From positions 8,690,727 to 8,754,726 of the forward strand of contig NC_057750.1 of NCBI RefSeq assembly GCF_004010195.1: a stretch of DNA of 64,000 nucleotides, in the 5' to 3' direction. This DNA comes from Chiloscyllium plagiosum (Eukaryota). The notes below the pieces were generated by a model. It was not told the origin of the DNA, made no database searches, and was given only the letters and a program-made list of their open reading frames with translations. The translations under genes and the position numbers were made by a program. Below are positions 14,300 through 26,450 of the stretch, in pieces; within the stretch, counting starts at the first letter, position 1, and each line of letters opens with the position of its first letter.

Positions 14300-15262
14300 T
14301 TTTACACCCTGCCCCCTGTAAAAACGCCATCCCATATTCCCAATTCCTTCGCCTCCGCCGCATCTGCTTCCAGGAGGACCAACTCCAATACCGAACAACC
14401 CAGATGACCTCCTTCTTCAAAGACCGCAATTTCCCCTCAGACGTGGTTGATGATGCTATCCACCGCGTCTCTTCCACTTCCCGCTCCTCCGTCCTTGAAC
14501 CCCACCCCTCCAATCGCCACCAGGACAGAACCCCACTGGTCCTCACCTACCACCCCACATCGTATCATTCTTCGTCATTTCCGCCACCTCCAAACGGACC
14601 CCACCACCAGTGATATATTTCCCTCCNNNNNNNNNNNNNNNNNNNNNNNNNNNNNNNNNNNNNNNNNNNNNNNNNNNNNNNNNNNNNNNNNNNNNNNNNN
14701 NNNNNNNNNNNNNNNNNNNNNNNNNNNNNNNNNNNNNNNNNNNNNNNNNNNNNNNNNNNNNNNNNNNNNNNNNNNNNNNNNNNNNNNNNNNNNNNNNNNN
14801 NNNNNNNNNNNNNNNNNNNNNNNNNNNNNNNNNNNNNNNNNNNNNNNNNNNNNNNNNNNNNNNNNNNNNNNNNNNNNNNNNNNNNNNNNNNNNNNNNNNN
14901 NNNNNNNNNNNNNNNNNNNNNNNNNNNNNNNNNNNNNNNNNNNNNNNNNNNNNNNNNNNNNNNNNNNNNNNNNNNNNNNNNNNNNNNNNNNNNNNNNNNN
15001 NNNNNNNNNNNNNNNCCCCTCTCTGGCCTATCACCCTCACCTTAACCTTCTTCCACCTATCGCATTTCCAACGCCCCTCCCCCAAGTCCCTCCTCCCTAC
15101 CTTTTATCTTAGCCTGCTTGGCACACCCTCCTCATTCCTGAAGAAGGGCTTATGCCCAAAACGTCGATTCTCCTGCTCCTTTGATGCTGCCTGACCTGCT
15201 GCGCTTTTCCAGCAACACATTTTTCAGCTCTGATCTCCAGCATCTGGAATCCTCACTTTCTC
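14300..15262 (+). mobile_element. Penelope-like retroelement, 5'-truncated, spanning an assembly gap
   Basis: HPAPCKNAIPYSQFLRLRRIC... (PLE RT C-terminal/thumb region), plus the family terminus cctgaagaagggcttatgccc...ctccagcatctg. Confidence 0.88.
14627..15015. other. Assembly gap (N run)
   Basis: Ns in the sequence. Confidence 1.
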
Positions 15263-16169
15263 CTCAGTGCTAAGATCACCTTGTTGATGCAGAAGCTGCC
15301 GGGAACCCAAACTTCCCTCCAATGCTGCTGCCAGAACGAGTCCACAGTGGACCCATTCGAGTCTGCGCTGGGCTCACTCGCTGACAATACTGTTTGGGTC
15401 GCCATGATTGAGGTCTTCAACAAAAGGTAAGTAAAATAAAAGAAAAAAAAAGAGGAAGGAAAGTCAAAAAGGAGTAAAGAAACAAAAAAGAAAGTGGACA
15501 GGATGGACGAGCCTGGACTCAGAAGCCCTTCTTCTTCTTGCCGCTCTTTGTTGGCATCTTCTTGATGATTTTCTTTGTGCCCTTCCTGGAGATTTGCTGC
15601 AGGGAGGGAACATGGAATGTCCACTGGAACACTTGAGACCTTACACAACAGATGGTCACAACAGGGTTCAAATACATTATCTCTTCACCTTCAAATATTA
15701 ATTTGAATTAGCAAGCTTCCTTTGAGAGTTTTGTCCGATTTTACAAGGCTTCTTTAAAGGGCCATTAATTGTAAATTTTATTTCATTTGGTTTCATTTTT
15801 TTGTTCATTCACAGGATTTATTATCCATCCAAAACATATTGCTGTGCTTCTGAAGTAACATGTAAGTCAGATGGGTAAGATGGCAGATTCCCTCCAACAA
15901 TCAACAATGATTTCATGGTCATCATTAGATTCTTACTTTTGCAATTATTTATTTAGTCCTTTATCTTCAATCTCCAGAACTGATCTTACACACAACTGAA
16001 CATTTTTTTTCCTATCACAAAATCATCTGTGATATTTTCTTCCATCTATGAACCACCACATTTATTTTTATTGGGTTAAAATTCCACCGGCTGTTATAGC
16101 AGGATTTGAAATCAAGTCCCCAGAACATTACTGGAGACTCTTGATGACTAGGTCACTGTCTTCCCTATT

Positions 16170-17675
16170 AGAGTCATAGAGATGTACATCACAGAAACAG
16201 ACCCTACGGTCCAACTTGTCCATGCCGACCAGATATCCCAACCCAATCTAGTCCCACCTGCCAGCACGTGGCCCATATCCCTCCAAACCCTTCCTGTTCA
16301 TATATCCATCCAGCTGCCTTTTAAATGTTGCAATTGAACTAGCCTCCACACTTCCTCTGGCAGCTCGTTCCATACATGTACCACCCTCTGCATGAAAAAG
16401 ATGCCCCATAGCTCTCTTTTATATCTTTTCCTTCTCACCCTAAACCTATGCCTCTAGTTGTGGACTCCCTCACCCCAGGGAAAAGACTTTGCCTATTTAT
16501 CCTATCTATGCCCCTCATGATTTTATAAACCACTATAAGGTCACCGCTCAGCCTCCGATGTTCCAGGGAAAACAGCCCTAGCCTATCCAACCTCTCCCAT
16601 TAGCTCAAATCCTCCAACCCTGGCAACATCCTTGTAAATCTTTTCTGAACTCTTTCAAGTTTCACAACATCTTTCCGATAGGAAGGAGACCAGAATTGCA
16701 CACAATATTCCAACAATGGCCTAACCAATGTCCTGTACAGCTGCAACATGACCTCCCAACTCCTGTACGCAATACTCTGACCAATAAAGGAAAACATACC
16801 AAACGCCTTCTTCACTCTGCTATCTATCTGCGACTCCGCTTTCAAGGAACTATGAACCTGCACTCCAAGGTCTCTTTGTTCAGCAACACTCCCGAGGACC
16901 ATACCATTAAGTGTATAAGTCCTGCTAATATTTGCTTTCCCAAAATGCACCTTACATTTATCTAAATTAAACTCCATCTGCCACTTGTCAGCCCATTGGC
17001 CCATCTGATCAAGATCCTGTTGTATTCTGAGGTAACCTTCTTCACTGTCATCTGCAAACTTACTAACTGTACCTCTTATGCTCACATCCACATCATTTAT
17101 TTAAATGATGAAAAGTACTGGATCCAGCACTGATCCTTGTGGATCTCCACTGGTCACAGGCCTCCAGTCTGAAAAACAACCCTCCACCACCACCCTCTGT
17201 CTTCATTTAAGATTCTGGATTCATTTAAGAAAGAGTTGGATAGAGCTCTCAAAGATAGAGGTATCAAGGGTTATGGAGATAAGGCAGGAAGAGGATACTG
17301 ATTAGGAATGATCAGCCATGATCATAATTGAATGGCGGTGCAGGCTCGAAGGGCTGAATGGCCTACCCCTGCACCTATTGTCTATTGTCTTCAACCTTGA
17401 AGCCAGTTCTGTATTCAAATGGCTAGTTCTCCCTGTATTCCATGAGATTTAACCTTGCTAATCAGTCTCCCATGGGGAACCTTGTCAAACGCCTTACAGA
17501 AGTCCATATAGATCACATCTACCACTCTGCCCTCAGCAATCCTCTTTGTTACTTCTTCAAAAAACTCAATCAAGTTTGCGAGAGATGATTTCCCACGCAC
17601 AAAGCCATGTTGACTACCCCTAATCAGTTCTTGCCTTTCCAAATACATGTGCAGCCTGTCCCTCAGGATTCCCTC
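16170..17675 (-). mobile_element. CR1/HER1 LINE (RT to 3' end), interrupted by a nested CR1 tail
   Basis: ORFs 17415..17648 (QHGF..KS..NLIEFF..DF.KAFDKVPH) and 16600..17091 (KFADD, LEYCVQFWSP). Tail is (ctctatga)-type. Confidence 0.92.
17204..17390 (+). mobile_element. 3' tail of a second CR1 family nested in opposite orientation
   Basis: Near-identical to 52430-52600 and ends cctattgtctattgtct. Flanked by tgtcttca on both sides. Confidence 0.85.
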
Positions 17676-18489
17676 ATTTGTTCAATAAGTTCTAAATAGT
17701 GTAAAGAGGAGCTGACCCATTAACAGGTCCAGGCGGTTGCCTGTTGCCATGGTTGTTATACCCAATGGTTTGCCTCTCTTCCATGCATATGTGTCTGCCT
17801 CTCCCTGGAGAGAGAGCACGAGATATTCACTGATTTACTTAAGGCCTTCTGCCACGGGTGGGCACCATTGGGAGCAGGAGTCCTTAATCACCTCCCAAAA
17901 CCAAATTTAAGGTTAAAGTTTGTAAGTTTATGATTTTACCTTTGCTGCATTGTTTTAATGAGCTGTAACTTTTAAAATTCATTTTAATTTCTTTAATTAG
18001 TATTTAAAGTCATATAAAGAGGGACTGGAGAGCTCTTGGGGTACAATGTTAATATTCCTACCTCTGAGCCAGGAGGCCCAGGTTCAGGTCCCACATGCTC
18101 CAGAGGTGTGAAATAATTTCTCCAAACAGGTTGATTTAAAAAAAACTTATAAAGGTGGATTGTTGGGATATTGGGGTTGTTAGAAGGTAAAAGGTACAAA
18201 GCTGCATTCTATGAATAAATGAACTATGAAAAAAAAGTATGCCATTTTAGCTGGGAGTCACCAGGTTCTGGGGTCTGGTGTAGGCCAGACTGGGTATGAA
18301 AACTAGATTTCCTTCCCCAAAGGATATCAGTGAACCAGATGGTCTTTTACAACAAAAGGAAAGATAGGAATTAGATTACTAAGATGAGTATTCAATTCTA
18401 GCTTACTTCATTGATTATTTTAGTTTAATTTCCACCAGCTATAGTGGTGGGATTTGAACCCATATTCTCAACACATTACATTTAGAATC

Positions 18490-18840
18490 CTTTAAAAATG
18501 GTAACCTCTGGTTCTTGACCTCTCTGTCAATGGGAACATTTCTCCCAATCTACTTCGTCTAGATCCCTTGTGATATTGAACGCCTTGATTGAATCTCCTT
18601 GTAACTTTCTCTTCTGCACAGAAAAACAGCCCCAGCTTCTGTAGTATATCCACATCGCTGAACCCTCTTATCCCTGAACCACTCCATAAATTTTTCTGCA
18701 CTCTATTCAATGTCTTCACATCCTCCCTAAAGTATGGTGCCCAAATTTGACTCAGCACTCCAATTCCAGGCCAAACTCTTGTTTGATAAAGGTTTATTAT
18801 GATCCATTGGCTTTTGAACTCTTTAACTCTGAGAATAAAG
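18490..18840 (-). mobile_element. Old CR1 fragment
   Basis: ORF 18492..18851 has degenerate QIWAPYFREDV...SRTRG motifs. Confidence 0.7.
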
Positions 18841-21608
18841 GCTGGCCACAATATTAAAGAAGCAAATACAGTATATAGTCATTTAACTGCATCTAATACA
18901 TGGAATACACATTGAACCAATTCTAATGTAATTCAGATGAGATTCCTGTTACAGGCTATGAAAGAAGACACAGTATGTTATGAGATTTGGCTAGCTATAG
19001 AAATATAAAAACTCATCTTCTTTAGAAGTGAGAGAGCACTATTGAATGATGTGTTAAATCCTGAATATTATTTTAAAATAAGGCAAGAACAATAATATTG
19101 AATGAGAAGTAAATTCAAATTGAGACCGTCCTCTTGCAAAGTATAAGAAATGTCAGGAGTAATCTGTCAAACCATGGAGCAGGAGCCCACAGTAGGATGC
19201 CAGGTAGAATGGTAATTTATTCATTCACAGGATGGGGGCATCACTGGTTAACTGGAGGGCAGCTAAAAGTCAACCACATTGATTGTGGTCTGGAGTCACA
19301 TATACCATGGACCAGACCGGATGAGAACAACAGATTTCTTTCCCTAAAGGGCATTCGTAAACCAGATAGGTTTTTACAACAATTGTCATCCAGATTTTTA
19401 AAATTGAATTCAAATTCCAATATCTGTCATGGTGGGGTTCAAACGTAAGTCCACAGAACATTACCTGGGTATTGGATTAATAGTACAGGTATAATTAAAT
19501 GAGAACATCGCCTCCCCTTGATGGTCTTGAATGAGACTTTCTTGTGTTTTCCTTTTTCTTCTTAATCTCAAAGGCCTGAGCAATTTGCTGCGGATGAAAT
19601 GGTGAGTCAGTTGGACAAGCCATGTATCAATTTTTCGGTCACCAAAACTTCCAATAATGACCTACTCTGTTCCTTTATGTGGAATCAGCCAACATTCAGT
19701 AGCATCTTATAGCAACATGTAATACACGTTATATCCAGAACAGCCCCAGTTCCAGGTGGGAATCATCAAGGGGAACATCAGAAACAACTATATTCATTAG
19801 TTGCATGTTTTCCCCAAAGCTTCCATTTATCTCCCACTAAAGTTGGCCATCAGGGGTTTACTTAAGATTACACATGAGATATATATGGGACAGTGCTGGC
19901 GAAACCAGCATTTGTCACCCATCCCTAATTGACCTTGAATGTGTTGCTTGGGCTATTTCAGAGGCCAGTTGAGTGTCAGCGCTATTGCTGTGGGTCTGGA
20001 GTCACATGTGGGCCAGATTAGGTAAGGATGGCAGATTTCCTACCCTGTAGGACATCAGTGAATCATTTGGGGTTTTTATGTCAACTGATGATAGTTGTCA
20101 TGACTGAGATTAGCTTTGTATTCCAGATTTATTATTTCAGTTCATATTCCACCAGCTGACATTCTCTACAGCATTAGTCAGCGCCACTCAAGCCTCAGTC
20201 ATCTTTCCTCATGTAAATCTAACTCTTCCATTATAACCCTTTATTTCCCTTCCCCTCTGCCTGTCTTGCTTCCCATTAAATGCATCCTGTACTGGCTGAA
20301 GTAACCATGAAGGCCCTGGCTTCTCTATCTCACCCCTCACCTGAGGTGTGGTGACTTTCAGGTTAAATTCGCCACTTTCGTTATCTGTCTTTAAAGGGAG
20401 AGCAGCCCAGTGTTCAGCAGGACTGTGGCAACTAAGCATTTACTTTGTTTGCCCGAATTACTTCGTGTGTACGTTTCCCCATTCCCACTATTCTTTGGGT
20501 GCAAAGATTTGTCTGAATTCCCGCTTGGATTTCAAGGAAGCTAATTGAAATTGATGACCTCTATTTATGCTCTTCTCTACAAATGGAAGCATTCTCTCTA
20601 TGTCCATTTGACCAAAGTTTTAATTTCAATAGTTTTAAAGATCTTTACTGGGTCAGACCTCAAGCCTTCAGGGGAAAAGGGGGCCAGTCAATCCGTCATT
20701 TCCAGATATGTGACACCCCTAGTATCATCCCTGCAGATCCTCCCTGCTGCCTCCCCAGTGCCTCTCAAACACCTCTGGTTGCACCTGTTGTCAGCACCAT
20801 AAGGTGGTGTTCAGACAGGGACTGAGAGCTAAGCTATACAGCAATGGGATTGTGGAGGGAATTTGTGATTAGCAGAGATGGGTTGGAAGAGGAGAATGGT
20901 TGTTGTGGGGAGAGGCCAGCTAGATGGCTCTGTTGCAGTGGTGTGATGGCCATTTTCATTGGCTATCTTTGCATTGGTGGTACTCCCCAATCCCTTTTAC
21001 AAAGATCTCGACCTGAACTGGCTGCACATCCTTTGCCAAATGTGATCTAATCAAAGTTTGATGCAGGTTTGTAATAATCCCAGGTTTCAATCGTGTTCCT
21101 CTGGAAATAAATCTTAATTGCTTGGTTTGCTTCGCTGAGATCCTTTTTGAACTTTTAGCACCAAGGAAACCTGCAGCCTGAAGTATAACAATGTATGATA
21201 ATTGGGGAATGAATACTGGGCACGTCCACAGCCACTCCCTTTTTGCACTCTGTTAAAAAGCATGTGGTTGAATGTGATTGCTGAACAAAATCATTTCAGA
21301 GCTAATGTAAAAATGGGAGAATACATTGATGTAGCAATCTCAGGATATCTCTGAGTACTCTGTGGATTGATGGGAAATGCAACAGCCAGTTCTCTCACAG
21401 TCAGACCCCTCAAACACCAATGTGACAATCTATCCTGAGGCAATGTTGGTTGAGGACCAAATGGTGTCCAGAACACAAGGAGATCTTCCCTGCTGTTCAA
21501 CCTCATGGCCCTGAGTTTAACATCTAAACCAAGGAACAGCGCCTCCAGCATTGCAGCACTCCCTCAGAAATGGCACTAAAGCAGCAGGCTTGACTAAGGT
21601 TTGGAATG

Positions 21609-21744
21609 AAGAAGGTTTCCTGAAGAAGGGCTTATGCCCGAAACGTCGATTCTCCTGCTCCTTGAATGTTGCCTGACCTGCTGCACTTTTCCAGCAACAC
21701 ATTTTTCAGCTCTGATCTCCAGCATCTGCAGTCCTCACTTTCTC
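21609..21744 (+). mobile_element. Short PLE terminal insertion with 15-bp TSD (ctaaggtttggaatg at 21594-21608 and 21745-21759)
   Basis: Perfect TSD; sequence equals the terminus of the longer PLE copies. Confidence 0.9.
21615..21652 (+). ncRNA. Putative minimal hammerhead ribozyme (PLE type)
   Basis: CUGAAGA-A-GGGC-UUAU-GCCC-GAAAC-GUC: both conserved core boxes, stem II and a GUC triplet are present; stem I is weak. Confidence 0.7.
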
Positions 21745-22394
21745 CTAAGGTTTGGAATGCGCAGGTCTTTGCGACCCAGAGAGATACCATCCAACTGAGA
21801 CAAATTTGAGCTAGCAAAAAGAAGATCGTCGCCTGTACTCAACTTCACTGAATCTTTAGGTATTAAAAGGCAGATGCTTCTCTTTTTCTTCCTTTGTCTC
21901 CTCTCCTGCATTAGTAATTAAGAGGTCTGAGACAGGGCTTGACTTCATTTGGTCTGCAATAACCTAACCTCCACACTCAGTGAATAAGGAATGAATAGAA
22001 CGGCATTAATATTCACCAGCTCTCTGCATATCTGAGCCTCTAAAGACAGGTATTGACTCCTTCGAATATTAAAGGTCAACAAGCAGGGCCAGAATCTTTT
22101 GCATAATTACGCGTGTGAGAGACTAATAAATTAGGGCTGGGTTGAAAGTAATTTTTCAATTTATCCACCTTATTTTTCACGATGGCAAGACTTACAATTC
22201 AAGGGGAACCTGTTTTGGAAAGCAGCCACACTTTGTTACCTGCCTGTCATGTGATCGATTTCATCCACTGTCATGTGATCAATTAATCTGCTGTCATGCT
22301 GCAGAATGGATTGCATTTGAACTGCCAGTTGAGAGCTCATGTAAGAAGTCTTAAGAGAGCTAGACAGAATAAGAATGAAACGGGAATTCATGAT

Positions 22395-22530
22395 ACAAAA
22401 ACACAATACTGCAGATGCTGGTGATCTGAAATTAAATCAGAAACTGCTGGAGAAACTTAGCAGGTCTGGAAACCTCTGTGGAGAGAGATAGTGTTCATGT
22501 TTCAAGTCTGAATTGATTCTTCCTCTTTCA
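22395..22530 (-). mobile_element. Older PLE-terminus-like repeat; a related copy lies at 23312-23447
   Basis: aatactgcagatgctgg..tctgaaat..aaacagaaaatgc.ggagaaactcagcag. The copy at 23312-23447 keeps ctgaaga..aaaac on the minus strand. Confidence 0.6.
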
Positions 22531-22569
22531 GGCCTCCTGTAGATCTGCACAGGTCAAACAGTGGATAGA

Positions 22570-23290
22570 AACTAGGAACAGGAGTAGGCCGTTGAGCTCT
22601 TAAAATCTGTTTGCAATTCCATATGATAACGTTGATCGTCCAACTCAGTACCCTGTTCCCGTTTCCTTCACATACCTCTTGATCCTTTTAGCCCTGGAAG
22701 TATAACTAACTCCTTGAAAACACTAAATGTTTTGGTCTCAACTGCTTCTGTGGCAGAGAATTCCATGGGCTCACCTGTCTGGGTGAAGAGATTTATCCTC
22801 ATCTCAGTTCTAGATGGCCTATTCCAAATCCTTTGACTATGAGCCCTGGTTCTGGATTTGCCAATCATCAGGACTAATCTTCCTGTGTTGATCCTGTCTG
22901 GTCGTGTTAGAACTTGATAAGTTTCTATGAGATTCTCCCTCATTCTTCTAAACTCTAGAGAACATATCCCGTAACTGATCCAGTCTCTCTTCATACATCA
23001 GTCCTACCAACACAGAAATCCCCATTCGAGGAATCATTCTAGCTGATCAATATTTCAGTATCATATTCCAACTTTTTTCCCATACCTCTTGATGCCTTTA
23101 AAACCTAAACATTTATCTATGTCATCCTTGAATATATTCAGTGACTTGACCTCCACGGCCTTCTGTAGTAGACAATTCCGCAGGTTCACTACCCTGAGTA
23201 AAGAAAGGTTTCCTTATCTCAGTTCTAAATGGTCCATCCTGTAACCTGAGTCTGTGTCCCCTGGTTCTACACTCCCCAACAGGGGAAACA
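22570..23290 (-). mobile_element. Two adjacent CR1 3' fragments
   Basis: ORFs 22668..22994 (SLEFRRMRENLIETY..SRTRAH) and 23122..23322 (CRTRGHRLR). Confidence 0.82.
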
Positions 23291-23469
23291 TCATAGAAAC
23301 ATAGATGTACAAATAAAAGCAAAATATTGGGGATGCTGGAAATGTGAAATAAAACAGAAAATGCCAGAGAAACTCAGCAGATCTGGGAGCATTTGTGGAG
23401 AGAGAAACCGAGTTGATGTTTTAAGTCTAGTATGACTCTTCTTCAGAGGGTTAGAATTAGAAGGGTTTG

Positions 23470-23560
23470 GATTAGAGTGGTGCTGAAAAAGCACAGCAGG
23501 TCAGGCAGCATCCGATGAGCAGGAAAATCGACGTTTCGGGCAAAAGCCCTTCTTCAGGAA
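23470..23560 (-). mobile_element. Short PLE terminus with intact hammerhead core
   Basis: Reverse complement reads ttcctgaagaagggcttttgcccgaaacgtcgattttcc. Confidence 0.82.
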
Positions 23561-24027
23561 TGTTAGTGAGCTATACAAAGTTCACATTGTAGGAGATTGG
23601 GATTGCATCTACATTAGGAAGCATTGATCGATAAACCTCTCTATCTCTGTAGCCTCCTCCAGCTCCAAACCGTCGAAGATATCTCCATTTCTCTGATGCA
23701 TCCCTAATTCAGATTGTTCCACCATCAGCAATCATACCATCTGCTGCCTGAATCCCAAACTCTGGAATTAACTTTCTCAACCCTATCCTCCTCTCCAACA
23801 AGCTCCTCAATGAATAAACTATCGGTCATCTCTTTATTTCATGTTTTGTGGCTCAAAGATTTGGTTTGTTAGTGTTTTATTTATGTGAAGCACTTTGTGA
23901 CTTTGAGGGTATGATAGATACAGCAGTTAATATTGTTGCTCAGTCCCAGTTCCTTGATGATCACAATCTTAAGCAACACCCTTGATTAACCTGGTTTGTA
24001 TTTGTGCCCACTTTCCCTCCTGCTTAG

Positions 24028-24202
24028 GTGGAACTGACGGGTAGCAGCATCTTTGATTACATTCACCCTGGGGATCATGTGGAGGTGGCAGAGCAGTTGG
24101 GACTGAAACTACCAAGCGGCCGAGGGCACAGCTCGCAAACCTCCAATGAGGACGGGGCAAGCTCAACATCTTCCTCCTCACTGGCTGAGACACCTGAGTC
24201 AG
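24028..24202 (+). CDS. NPAS1: Coding exon (175 bp, phase 0 to 1) of an NPAS1/NPAS3-family bHLH-PAS transcription factor; [62 protein letters not shown]
   Basis: Acceptor is polypyrimidine + TAG at 24025-27 and donor is CAG|GTAAGG. The peptide matches the NPAS1/3 motif VELTGSSxFDYxHPGDHxE. Residues DYIH, EVAE and SSLAETPE favour NPAS1 over NPAS3; the paralogue call is an inference. Confidence 0.92.
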
Positions 24203-24384
24203 GTAAGGCAGGTAAGGGAAAATTGTCAATAGATGCACAAGGGTGGGGAGGGGGTAAAGGGAGTTCCAGAATGTTTACCCAGCGACACTGAAGCCTGTCC
24301 ACAATTGACAAGAGTGTAATGGAATACTCCTGACTTGCCAAGATAAGCGCAGTTTCAATAACACTCAAGATCCTCAACTGTGGC

Positions 24385-24720
24385 TAGAATCCCTACAGTG
24401 TGGAAATAGGCCCTTTGACCCAACAAGCCCACACCAACCCTTGCAAGAGTAACCCACCTAGACCCATTCCTGTACCCTATTATCCAATATTTACCCCTGA
24501 CTAATGCACCTAACCTACACATCCCTGAACACTCTAGGCAATTTAGCATGGCCAATTCACCTAACCTGCACATCTTTGGATTGTGGAATGAAACCAGAGC
24601 ACCCGGAGGAAACCCACGCGGACAGGGGAGAATGTGCAAACTAACTCAGACAGTTGCCCGAGGCCGGAATCGAACCTGGGTCCCTGGCACTGTGAGGCAG
24701 CAGTGCAAACTACTGAGCCT
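24385..24720 (-). mobile_element. HE1-type SINE, inserted into an older LINE tail (24270-25115)
   Basis: Reverse complement of the HE1 head, core and tail. Confidence 0.9.
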
Positions 24721-25485
24721 AGGACAAAGCAGCTGCTTGATTGGCACCCCATCCATTCATTCTACACATTCATTCTCTTCAGTACAGACGCAGAGCAGCA
24801 GCATGTACTATACATAAGATGCAACTCTTCGAGGCTCCTTCGACAGCTTCTTCCAAAACAACTAACATTTAAAAGGTCAAGGGCAACCGATACATGGGAA
24901 GACCACTACCTGCAAGTTCCCCTCCAAAACACTAACCATTATGACTTCGAAATACATTGCCATTCCTTCATTGTCACTGGATCAAATTCCTAAAACCCCC
25001 TCCTCTGGCTGTACATACATCCCATGGCAGATCAAGAAGGCAGCTCACCAACATCCTCTCAAATATAGTCAATATGGTCAATAAATACTTCCTTTACCAG
25101 TGATCCCCACATCCTTGGGCCCAATATTGGAATGAAGGATGAGGAGTTCCTTCTTTGAAAGAAACAACAACAATGTGAGAGAAAAAAATCCTCTTCACAG
25201 TGGAATACACTGCCTGAGAGTGTGGTGGGGGCAGCTCAATCAAGGATTTCAGAAGGGAAGCTGAATAAGAAAAATGTGCAGGACTATGGGGAGAATGACA
25301 GCAAGGTAATTGCCCATTCAGAGATATGATGGGCCAAATGGCCTGTTTCAATGCGGCAAGAATTCTGTGATCCTGTGGAGGACCAACCATGACATGGATC
25401 ATAAACATACAGGAGACCCTTGAAGGTTTTATTACTTGACTTTAAAAGACTGAAAAGGGTGAAGGATGACAGAGTAGAGACCTGT

Positions 25486-25670
25486 CATCCTTCACCCTTC
25501 ATAAGCCCTTCTTCAGGAATGAGGAAAGTGTGAGGAAAGTCAGTCCTGAAGAAGGGCTTATGCCCGAAACGTCGATTCTCCTGTTCCCTGGATGCTGCCT
25601 GACCTGCTGCGCTGTTCCAGCAACACATTTTCAGCTCTGATCTCCAGCATCTGCAGACCTCACTTTCTCC
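25486..25670 (+). mobile_element. Short PLE terminal insertion with inverted 5' junction and intact hammerhead core (25546-25573)
   Basis: ctgaagaagggcttatgcccgaaacgtc; inverted piece at 25501-25532; acctgt on both sides. Confidence 0.85.
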
Positions 25671-25909
25671 ACCTGTAAAATTATGGCAGGATTCAACAGT
25701 GTTGGCATAGAGAAGATATTGTGGTGAAGACCATAGTTGGTGGCCATAACAAAAAGATAGTTGGTAAGAAATCTAGTAGGGAATTTAGAAGAATTTATCC
25801 AGAGAAAGAAGTGACTGTGGGACTTACCAATGTAAGGAAGGTCCATGAACACACAAGGGAGAAGGCAATGGAAAGATAAGCTGATGGGGTGAAATGATGG
25901 GAGGTGATA

Positions 25910-26450
25910 CCTGAAGGATTGTGTGCAGTTTTGGTCTCATTATGTAGGGAAGGATGTTCTGGCGATAGAGGGAGAGCAGCAAAGATTTACCAGACTGATT
26001 CCAGGACTGACATAAAGCGAGACCAGATTGTTTAGGGCTATATTCATTGGAGATTAGAAGAATGAGGAGGGGATCTCACATAAACTTATAATAGTCTAAC
26101 AGGACTAGACAGGGTAAATACAGACAGGATATTCCTTACAACTGGGGAATCCAGAACCAGAAGTCACAGTCTAAGGATATGGGTTTTGCCATTTAGGATT
26201 GAGATGAGGAGAAATTTCTTCATCCAGAGTGGTGAATCTGTGGAATTCCCTGCCACAGAAAGTGGTTGAGGTCAAAATATTAAATGTTTTCAAGATGGTG
26301 TTAGGTGTAGTTCTTAGAGCTAAATGATCAAAGAGTAAGGGAGAAAGTCAGAGCAGGGGACTGAGTTGGATGATCAGCCAAGATCATATTGAATGATGGA
26401 GGAGGATCGAAGGGGCTGAAAGGCCTCCTCCTTCCCCAACTTCCTCTGTT
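25910..26450 (+). mobile_element. CR1 3' fragment
   Basis: gtgtgcagttttggtctc (CVQFWS), ccagaaccagaagtcacagtctaagg, and CR1 3' UTR. Confidence 0.82.

Noticed and set aside
14447..15194. Long ORFs spanning the N run (also 58910-60121)
   Set aside because: Their length is an artefact of translated Ns; the flanks are PLE remnants.
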